A stretch of 62,363 nt of DNA, the filler included, from Gonapodya sp. JEL0774 (Eukaryota): NCBI GenBank assembly GCA_027604505.1. It is 11 parts of 11 records of this genome, joined end to end, with 100 filler letters (N's around TTAATTAATTAA, not from the genome) between each part and the next. Parts side by side here need not be neighbours in the genome. Positions count along the whole stretch, not along the records: positions 34,197 to 39,776 come from JADIIX010000700.1; positions 39,877 to 45,454 come from JADIIX010000701.1; positions 45,555 to 51,093 come from JADIIX010000703.1; 8 more parts are not named here. One strand, written 5' to 3'. Shown piece by piece: positions 36,235-46,627 of the stretch. Position numbers and translations under genes: made by a program. The notes under the pieces were generated by a model. It saw only the letters and a list, made by a program, of their open reading frames with translations, was not told where the DNA came from and did no database searches. Numbering within the stretch: the stretch's first letter is position 1; each line of letters starts with the position of its first letter.

Positions 36235-38888
36235 TCACTCCACCATAACTTCACTCTCGGACGGATACAGCTTTCCGTTGATCATGAAACGGTCCCCATC
36301 CAGCTGGTGATACACAGCGTCATATAAAATTGCCACGAGTTCATATCCAAGGCGTGGGGTTGTGCCATTGGAGGCAGGTGAGGTACAAAAATCGTAAATG
36401 AGGTACGCTGTGAGATGTGATGCGTTGTTCATATAATTAGTATAATGCAGGATATTCATGAGCACGTGAAGATGAACACGAAATTTACCAGCGACTCACC
36501 AAACTCATACTCCGTGTTTTTATCTTCGACACAGACACCAAACCTTGTACCACCCGCGCTTTGGAAGAGCCACTCGCGAACTTCATCCCAACGTCTTAAT
36601 TCGGTTCTCCCCGTACCATTACCTCGGGCACTGAGATGATAGAAAGTGCAGTTGTGTAGATATTTTGGTGAAGAATGCGCATAGATTAGAGGAGGAGAAG
36701 TCGAAAGTGTTCCATACCGGGATATATGTCTCACCTACGTATACTCACGTCATTCCACAATCCAACATGTCGAAAGAAAACCCAGCTGCATCAATAATTG
36801 CCAAATGCCCGGCGATATGATTCTTTTTCAACATATCGAACGACTCTCCAACTTGATGACAGTTGTGGAACCGGGAAGAGAAGTGCGAAGCAAAAGCTGG
36901 ATCACGAGGTCCAGCCCAGTATCCAGACCAATCATATCGACCAACTACGAGGACACCCTTGTAAGGCCGGAGTGGAAGCAGGCACGAGGGGCAGAGGCAT
37001 TTTTCCCACGCAAAAGCCGGAGTTTCCACTGAGCCAAACGCGTGCTACGTCAAGGTCGTTTTTACTTTGAACTCACCTCATCACCGTTCCCAGATGTTCC
37101 TCCGTAGATCCCACTCGCCCTCAACACACTCTCGCCCGGATCCACACTCTCGTGGTACACGATCCACCCAATTCTTCGCATATCCTCCTCCGCGTGTCCA
37201 AAGTGATTCTGGGACGACGAGTTCGCCGCTACTTGCGCGACTTTCCACGTTCCGTTCCGTGCGTGCGCCCGGTATCTGAAGCCGCGCTGCACGATCGTTC
37301 CACTGGTTCGACGTTTAGGTAACGCTTGTGGACCGTCAATTGACGACGATGGCATAACATCCGCATGGGCGATGGTTCCAAGGTGGCCCCAATAGATCAT
37401 TCCCGAAGTAACGGTGAAAGATGGGTCACTTGGTGGAATACGAACGGCAGACACACGCCCAACTCTTGTGCTTTGCATGGCAGGAACGGGTTCCCTGTTA
37501 TTGGGTCGAGAAGCAAGCTCCGTTCATTGATCCCATGCTTCTAATGTGCCGACACATTCAGTATCTTGAAGGATAACTCACCTCTCATCTCTCTCGGTAG
37601 GGTTGGAACCCTTCTGCTTGAGCTCCCAAGCATCTCTCCTCCGCCACGATCTCTTTTCTTCCTCAGTCAGCATGCCCCATACTGCAACAAGAGATCTGAT
37701 CACCGCTTTGTCCGTGAGCTCGGGGTACATTTTGCCGTACGACATCTCCACCAGCTGGTTATTCACAAATGATCCGCTCACTCGCACACCTTCAATCTCT
37801 TCCTCCCTTTCAGATATCTCGCGGATCTCCTGCTCGGTGATCTCCGCAAGCTGAGCGGCTTTGATCCGTAGGTACGCGGCTTTGCGCTCTTCCCCCGTCA
37901 AGTCACCGATGACACTCATGGTTCCGGTGGATGGAAACTTGCGGTTCTCAGATTCCCATAGTACCGTGAAGCCTTTGGGTGGTGCTTGGAGGTGCTCGCG
38001 GAGAAAGGGAAGTAACTTTTCCGACAAATCTTTCGGTACCCGGTTAAGTTCCGCCTTGATGGATCTCATGTACTTGACCCAAAGCTGAATCGTCTGAGGT
38101 GACGGGTCATCGATGTTGGTTGTGGCGGGAAGAGTTTCAGTGAAGGTCGTGAGCTGCTCCGACGGCGCATACGCTCACCACTGGGTCATCATAATGCGCA
38201 AGAGGGTGAGCTGCTGATTGCGTTCCTGACGATGACTTGCGATTTGTTCCATGCGATGTCTGCGGACCGCATCAGCATCGTAGGAACGGTCGAGGACACC
38301 GTCTGTCTCATCGGCGCCGTCCGTGTCTGTGCCCTCCGAGACATCACTCTCCGTGTCCACAGAATCATCGCTATCCGTTTCATCACTGCCCCTGTCCATA
38401 CTAACGGCATTTTGTGGTAGGGAAGGTGGAGGTGGGCGAGATTCGAGGTACTTGATGGCAGCGAAGTGGTTCCAATAGGCCTTCTCCACCCTAAGCACGC
38501 TCTTATCGATCTCTTCCAGACACTGCAAAGTTGTGATGACTCGAAGATCGATTGGATCGTCAGGTTTGACGGAGACGGTCGCCTTCCTTGGGTAAGTCTG
38601 TCTTTTGAGAAAGCCGGGCAAGCCAGCGACAGCATCTTGCACGCTGTCGTTCCACGGTAGATCGTGTCTTACGTATTCATCCACGCGAAAACGAAACGCG
38701 TGGAGGAAACGACTGAGGGCTGGAAATTGGGAGGTGAGTCGGGTCCTGAGTTCCAGGAGTGCATCTGACGTGGGCACGAGATCGTCCAGGATGGGGATAT
38801 TCCCTTTCACCGCGTTAGGAGGAAGGGTGGACAAGACGTTAGGCGGCAGGGAAGAATCGGTTATGTATATTGCGATTCGCTGTGACAT
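36235..38888 (-). pseudogene. Tandem copy 2 of the same gene with a premature TGA
   Basis: Colinear with copy 1 and shares the intron position (AG|GTGAGT at ~37581). MMTQW*AYAP vs MMVHWRAYSP is a CGA>TGA change at 38175-38177; downstream exons remain open to the stop at 36235. Confidence 0.7.
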
Positions 38889-39876
38889 ATGTGATCGCCT
38901 TCTTGATTGCAATTGGAATAACTGGAGACCAGCGATCAATCAAATAGCCGAGAATAAAGAGTCAAGACGATTCGAGAGAGAAATCTTGGGCGGATGGCGT
39001 CCCGAATGTCTGATCATTGGGTCCAAAATTCGCCGGTCACAGCACGACATACATTTGTACGTACGCTTGAAACTCGCTACTGCGTCAAGCGCTCATTGTA
39101 ACCTACAGACTGCAGCATTATTAACAGACTTGCGTGATGTATTTCGTTGATGTTGGGGTGTTCAACCTTCTTGCGTACTGGGCGTAAAGTTGTCCATGAT
39201 TCGCCCACACATTTTGCCGATGTACTTTTGCTCTGCAGAAGTCATCTCCCCACAATTCAACTATCGATCTTCAACCATTTCAACCCGTGTGCTACACGCT
39301 TTCGGCTCTGCAATCATCGACAGCCTGAAGGGAAATTCAAGCAGAAAACTGCATTCAGTGAGTTGCTGCTGAGAATACTGGTCACTCAAATCGGCTTTTG
39401 GGTGTAATTGCATACTCGTTCCTCGTGCAATCAGAGGAACCACCACCGCCTCCGAAAATCCTGACGGATCTTCCGTGAAATGATATGATGTCTTTCCGCC
39501 ATTGCAAGGATGTTCACGTCAGTGGAAGAGCATGAATCATCATACATAATAAACCGCGGATTGTTTGCTCGGAACTCGATATTATGTAAAACGCACATTG
39601 CAACATAAAGACTCCAGCATTATTACACAACTGATTTGCTTGATGTGCTTTGTTGATTTCGGTGTGTTCAGCCGAGGTAACATGCGTAGTTTCTCTTGCA
39701 TGTATTTCAGTCGCCGATCAATATGACGCTGTTGGCTCACTCCACCATGATATCCTGTTCCGACGGATACAGCTTTNNNNNNNNNNNNNNNNNNNNNNNN
39801 NNNNNNNNNNNNNNNNNNNNTTAATTAATTAANNNNNNNNNNNNNNNNNNNNNNNNNNNNNNNNNNNNNNNNNNNN

Positions 39877-42432
39877 CTTCTGATTGACAAATACAATGTC
39901 CTGAAGCGACCGCCTCCCCTCACCTTCTATTCCTCCAACGAATTGTTCACAGCACACTACACGCCTAGCCCAATACGTCAATGGGGATATGTAACCAAAA
40001 TCGAGTACCACAGCTATACCCACAGCACTCCCCGAATACGTGAGGAGCTTTGGACCTCCTGGAGATCTCAGAAGATCCCAGGCGCCATGGCGAGAACTTT
40101 CGACCTCGATTTCGTCCTTCGAAAAGAAAGAACCCTATCTCGCTATTTCAGGTGGCGGGACCTGGGTGATGCCCGTAAATCTGAAACGGTCCTGCAAGCC
40201 AAGAAGGGCTTATTGGATATTATTTTGTCAGTTCCCGACACCCCAGAAACCCGCTCGTCTTCCATGCATGTGCGGTTGCCGGACTTGAGGGAACTTGCAA
40301 CAGGTGGCGACAGCTCACTTGTCGCATCTGAAGTAGATGACTCTCCGGATGTTCTAAAAGTGGTCGCGGTTGACAGCGGGACTTACCCGACCGGTGGCGG
40401 TGGTGTTGGAAGTTGTCGCAGGTGTGTGAAATGCGTCTGATGTCAGTTACGCGTATAAAAAGAGTCAATAAGAAAGTGGGATCTATTGTGACTCCGTAGA
40501 GATCTAGTCAACTATCTCCAGCGGGTTCGTTGGACTTGCCTTGCAGAGCTTGGAACTGCGGAAGCATCACAAAGAGAATATCAATTGGAAAAGCACATTG
40601 AAGCAATCTTCTACCTCACATTGTGGGATCTTGATTTCGGTAATCCAAATGAAAACTTCCATCGTTCCGTTCCTGGTACGGAGCTCGAGATGCGAAGATT
40701 GCGGACCACGCCTAATGCCGTCAGGAACGGTTTTGTTCCTATTATTGAGAATCTTGTTCACGCAATTTTCGACGACAATCTTCATTCTTCGAAGGTACCA
40801 GCCTATGAGTCAACTTTTGTGCAAATGTATGAATTTTGCCAAGAGCATGACTGGACAATCAGCTGGGAGTCGAATTCGTCCATTGATTGTTTCATTTCAG
40901 TAATTTTACAACTAGCGGCGGATGGAATCAATGCTGGCACGGCATTTGACACAGAAAGCCGTGAGTTTCGCTTTGGTTCCTCATATACCATTTGCCCGCT
41001 TACCGGAGCTCCTCGAATCGCGGGTAGCCAACCTCCACGAAATTGGTATTGCATACTCCCTCATCACGAAAATGTTGCTTCCCTTGGCGACGGCTCTGCC
41101 TGAATTCCCTGATAAAAGACCTTGCTTTCATACGTCGCATCATGGCATTCAAGCGATTGTTGGAGTCGTCGCTAAAGCAATAACTGGATCGACACTTGTG
41201 GTGTGGGACCAGTAAATATATTTACCACTTCTTTCACGTTGGAATTGGGTTTTAAACATGTTTGTTCGTCACAGCGGAATTTTATGGAGAGAGCGCCTCT
41301 TTGCGCTCTGCGACACCGACGAAATGCCGCGATTCGTTCAGATTGCTTTTGTTGGTCTGACGCGCCTCATAGCATGGCTAGTCATGCAGAGAGCCGATGC
41401 TATTAACTCCTGTACTTCGATTCAGAATCCAATGTGGGAAATGCACCTGGGAGGAGGTAAGAGTGCTAGATCATAATGTTCAATAACCAATCTGACGTGA
41501 CTTGATCATTAGGTAAATTTTCCGACAACGAATCGAAATCCCTCCTTCAAGCTAAAATCTCCCCAGTCGTTAACGGAATGAACGTTGCTCGGTTCAAGCC
41601 AAACACGGAACTGGAACTGTCAACGCCTACGGCAGTGATGCTTTCCCACATCTCACCAGTGAAAGATATTATCAACGCTATTGAGGCGGCAAACATAATC
41701 GTGAACACCCTAGACTTCAAAAACTTTGCCTGGCACATTTACGGAAGTCCAGAAAAGGACCCTGGATACACCGGTAGGTTGTGGGACTCTCACTATGGCT
41801 GTGCCAGATAACCAAACTCAAATCCCTTGGCTCTTGTATGTCCAGCTGAATGCACTTCGTTGATTGCTTCGTACAACCTGCAGAAGCACGTACTGCTGAA
41901 AGGTCTAGGAAATCCAGGAGCCGTTCTCCCAACTGGATGGGTGTTTGTCAACAGTTCGATCACAGAAGGGCTCCCTTTGGCTCTTGGTGAAGCCGGTCTT
42001 TGTGGTCTTCCGGTAGTATGCACGGACGTGGGCGGTAGCCGTGAAGTGATATCGGATCTGAAAACTGGCGTTGTATACGGAGCGGTGGCTCCACCATCTC
42101 GTCCGCGACAACTTGCGCAAGGTATCCTGTCAGTACTGGCTATGATTGATGGTCTCGACTCTATTGTAGGGGAATCATCCAGTCTGAGCGTTCACGACTT
42201 TATTGCTCGGGGTCCACAGGGCATGGCGGAGCTTGAATCCCGAATCACAAATGAAGCAACGAAGGTCATGCGGCACAAACTGGGAATGATGTTACGAGAA
42301 AGAACGATGCAAAAATTCTCTATCGCGAAGTACTGGCGTGTGCATGAACAGATGCTATACCTGGGAACCGCCTTTACACCCTCAATGAAAGTACACAAGA
42401 AGCGCCCAACGATCACCGGTGGTGTTGCTTAG
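39877..42432 (+). CDS. GT4 glycosyltransferase, PelF/Gtb3-like (DUF3492 + GT4), 5'-truncated, multi-exon
   Basis: DSGTYPTGGGGVGSCRRDLVNYL, WDHGILWRERL (after splicing), NGMNVARF, ISPVKDI, and NSSITEGLPLALGEAGLCGLPVVCTDVGGS with an intact EX7E motif. Confidence 0.85.
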
Positions 42433-42682
42433 GAATCGCGTTTTATTTAACAATAATTTGCGTCGCGCTCCGACGTAGATACTCTAATATATTCTCTGGG
42501 CTTACGATGTAACCTGACGGATGAACAAATTCATAGCATCTTGACACGCCCGGGTTTTCACGACTACATGGTATTCTGCAATGTATATAAGGAAACGTAT
42601 GACCAGATACAGTTCTTCTAATTTTATCTTTTTATTGGACGCAGATCATTGGTTCCGAGTAATGTCATCACTTGAAACACTT

Positions 42683-44335
42683 CTACTTCAGATCTACCAA
42701 GCTTACAACATTCTTCAGCGTGATGGGTCGTGGATGCTCTAAAAGATCTGGGGAGTGTCGCTTGGCCTTCATTAACTCCCCACTGTGGTTGGTCAATTCA
42801 CCACTTTTGCCACCTAAGCTGTCAGGACTACCACTGTACGCTGAGTCGTGGTATCCGGGAGAGATAGCACGATCACTTCTAACGCTTGCCTGCTTCGCGT
42901 GCGTGCGTTTCTTGGTTGCGTACCCTTCCGGGTGATTCCTCTGGAAGAGCCAAGCGGACGCAACCATCTCGTCAATGCTACGATTCGCGACCCATTTGAG
43001 ATCCGAGTTTGCGAGTGAGGGGTTCGCTACTACTTCACCACAGTCGCCGGGACGACGAGGAGCCATCTTAGGATTGCGGTGATGTAGAAGGTGAACGTCA
43101 GCATGGAGGACGCGAAAGCGATCAGGATTCAAAGTCTAATGAAAATTACTCACAGCCAACGGAACCGGCTTCCCTGCAGCTTGTTCCATCGCCTTAACGA
43201 CCTCCAACACGCTGAACCCCTTGCCTCGACCCATATTCCACGTGAAACAGTTGTCTTCTCGCTTTCCTGCCTCGTCAACAAGAAATTTCAACGCAGCGAG
43301 GTGACCGAGGGCGAGATCGACAACGTGGATAAAGTCGCGAACCCCTGTGCCATCTCGTGTCTCGTAGTCGGAGCCAAACACGCGCAATTGGGGGAGGCGG
43401 CCGACCAATACCTGGGTAATGAAGGGCAGCAAATTATTCGGGATATCGTTGGGATCCTCGCCAATGAGACCTGGAGGGACAGAGTAAAATAAACATCCGG
43501 ATTGCGATAACGATGCACATTCGTGTCACAACCAGTGATATATTACCCACCCGACGCATGTGCCCCAATAGGGTTGAAGTATCTCAGGAGCGCAACTTTA
43601 AACCTGGGCTCAGATTTACAAACGTCGCGAGCGACGTCCTCGCACATAAGCTTGGAGCGGCCATAAGGGTTCGTTGGCGCGACTGGGTGGGACTCGGGTA
43701 TAGGAAGTTGCGTGGGGTGACCGTAAACGGTGGCTGAAATATCATGAAGAAATTCTCGTTTTCCGTTTTGTTGTAGACTTGATCCTTAATGCCCAGGGCT
43801 TGACCCACCAGAACTCGAGAACACCAGATTGAACACGGAGAACTCGCGCATCACAGACATGAGAGAGACCATTCCTCCCACGTTTCCATGAAAGTACTTG
43901 AGTGGTTGTGAGACACTTTCGCTCACGCTCTTGAGTCCTGGTATTGATCTGAATTGGCCAACGAGACTTCAACCACTACCACTAAGTCAGGTGGAATCAC
44001 CTGCAAAATGAATGACTGCTGAAATTTTGTGTTGCTTGAATACATTGCGGAGTCCGTCGGAATCGCAGACGTTGAGCTCATAGAAAGCAAGAATCTTCTT
44101 CCCCGTAATCTGCTCCGCGCGGTTGGTACTTTCAGTCGTCGAATTGCTTTCAAGACCGCATCTGGTAAGAGCGGAGACACAGAGATGACCCTAACGATTC
44201 TGATAAAGCTCACCTCAGGTCGTCGACGATCACAACATCGAAATTCTGCTCCAAGAGTTCGACAACAGTGTGTGTGCCGATGTACCCACATCCACCGGTC
44301 ACTAAGATTGTCTTTTGAGATGCTGGCTCTGACAT
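42683..44335 (-). CDS. UDP-glucose 4-epimerase (GalE family), multi-exon, with C-terminal extension
   Basis: [21 protein letters not shown] (YxxxK), [44 protein letters not shown]. Confidence 0.93.
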
Positions 44336-45155
44336 GATGAGCTTGGTTTGTTATCAGTTCGTTGAATGAGACTCACTGAGTTACCAGGGTTCTAGGTCAA
44401 TGAGGAAGTTCCGTTTGTTGCTGCGAAGTCAGAGAAGTCTTCGCCTGTGGCAGCGCGATCCGGAAAAACCAGTTTCAACGATCCTTCTATGACTATGCAC
44501 CTTTGAGCCACGTGGGAATGTTTGTGTGACGTCCTCGGGATCAAGTGACACTGCGTACTGAGCGGGTTCCGACATCGATACTGTCCACCCAGCCGCGGGA
44601 TATCAGGCAGCCAAGCGTCCATTAATATATCCTGATAAAGAACGTTGCCAGATAGCGAGAGCGTTGTTGTTCCCACTCAGATCGTGACATGAACGCGGTG
44701 TGGTGGTCCAACCCCTCATTGTCAGCGTTGAAAGCCCACAGCGGTGTCAAAATAAACAAGAACCCTCCTTCCACCGCCCGCTATTTTGCTTTCTGATTCT
44801 TTAGAAATGTTATCATCTCGCTGGACTCGAGAGCACTTTATGCCAACTCCTCTTTGTGTCATTCTCCGCGTGGATATCGAGAATCGTCCGGCACCAAATA
44901 TACCATATGTCAAATGCACTTGTTGCTCCCATTGTAGCAACTTCCACAATGTACCATCGAATTTATTAATGGGAAATGTCCCAGAAAGGACGCGCGGAGG
45001 ATCTCGGGAAGGGTCAGGCAGGGTCTTGCGCCTCCCCAGCTAGTACTGGCACCCGGAGAGCCGTCTGGCGACATTAGAACCACCCGACCTCGTGTCTCTT
45101 CCGCTCTCTAGAGCTGCTTTGGTCACCACTTCCGACACCTGGACAAGTTGTTTGA

Positions 45156-45454
45156 ATGTCTGTGGCATTGCTCGGCATACTTCCGCTCATGAACGCACAC
45201 TCGGCGTCGCACCGTTCCAGTGCCATCCCCACTCCTTTAGACGATGAACTTGAAAACGGCAGCGCCGCACGAGTCTTCATGCTGTCATTGCTTCACCGAG
45301 CTTCGAGAGCTGCTGTTCTTCTGGCGCAGGCAGCATTCGTGCTCGCAACAGTTGTTGGGATTCCTCGGGCACTCTTCCGGATCCTGCGGATTAGGAAGCG
45401 GCAGGCTGAGGCTTTGAATGCCCGAACAATGATGCAAGTAAAGAAAATGGAGAG
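45156..45454 (+). CDS. Hypothetical membrane-anchored protein, 3'-truncated
   Basis: ATG-initiated ORF with hydrophobic AVLLAQAAFVLATVVGI followed by basic residues; open to the contig end. Confidence 0.35.
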
Positions 45455-45554
45455 NNNNNNNNNNNNNNNNNNNNNNNNNNNNNNNNNNNNNNNNNNNNTT
45501 AATTAATTAANNNNNNNNNNNNNNNNNNNNNNNNNNNNNNNNNNNNNNNNNNNN

Positions 45555-46494
45555 CTTATAACCCCATCCAGCGCCGTCTCACAAACTCAGAAGACAAACG
45601 GTTCAACTTTGTCTCGTCCCTTGTCGCACCGGATTTGAAGCAGCAGGTACCACCACCAGAAAACTATATACTCTTACGAAGGTCAAACGACTTGCAGGAA
45701 TCTGGGGTGGTGGCCATCGACAAGTCTCGCATCGAAAATTTCCACGGCTTGCTCGCCACAGCTTCTCTCAATGACGCGCGATGGCAAAGCATAACCTACG
45801 ATCACGTTTATGGAGACAAAGACACTTTCTGGCTGGGATGGGAGATGTCGGGATCTCGAAATTACGGATGGAGCAAGTGGGATGCGACTGCGATGGGGTT
45901 CTTAGTGAGAGGTGATCAAAGCCCGTTTGGAGTTATTTTCAGGTGAGCTTCTTGGAAGTTTCCACCGATGTGGTATCGAAGTGACCGGATGGCCGCTGAC
46001 AATCCGGTTGCAATTCATTTTAATGCAGTGGACAACTGGGACCAGTGGGAGGCTCACCCGAGCACCACCGAGTCTGTGCCGTCCACGTCGCGCATTTAAA
46101 TCGTGCCGGCACAGGAGTTCTCTGGTTCAATGGTGGTCCACTTCGTGACAAGTACCGACCGACGTCCCCTGCACTCTCACCCGACGGTCTGGTGTGGGTT
46201 ATGGAAGGACCAAACTCTTACTGGGAGCCAGGGGAATTCGATTCCATACTGTGTTTGGCAGGACTGGCGGCCGGTGCGGCGGAGAAATTGCATGCAGAAG
46301 TGGGGCCTTCTTCGCGAACGCAGGGATCCGATAATGACTTTATTGGTGCAGGCACCAACAACGTTCCCAAACCACTGGGACTGGGAGAGCGGAGAGTAAT
46401 ATCGGATCTGGATGGATGGTGGCGCGAAACGGAGGAGATTCGAGGGTTCGTACATCAAATACCTAACTTATTTGGGATCAAAGAGCAGATATAG
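45555..46494 (+). CDS. GT71 alpha-mannosyltransferase (MNN1/MNN2 family), C-terminal fragment
   Basis: QESGVVAIDK, YGDKDTFWLGWE, AHL...LWFNGG motifs. Confidence 0.85.
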
Positions 46495-46627
46495 TAGTTA
46501 AGCCCCTTGGCCTCGACTCGTTTTGTTTTTCATTCTAGTTTGTACATATTGGTAGTGAATTTGAGTGGTCCGTGCTGTGCCGTGAGCCAGCTGTTCCTTT
46601 GTTGCTCTCATTCACCCACAACTAACG

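Noticed and set aside
38175..38177. In-frame TGA as selenocysteine or programmed readthrough (some early-diverging fungi use Sec)
   Set aside because: The paralog has Arg (CGA), not Cys, at this site; there is no redox motif and no SECIS was recognised. A nonsense mutation is simpler. The new GTGAGC donor has no nearby frame-restoring acceptor.
39877..44335. Bacterial contaminant pel operon
   Set aside because: Both genes contain multiple GT-AG introns that restore conserved motifs, and they are convergent rather than operonic.
45555..46494. GT71 mannosyltransferase as part of the GT4/epimerase cluster
   Set aside because: It lies across an artificial spacer on a different contig.
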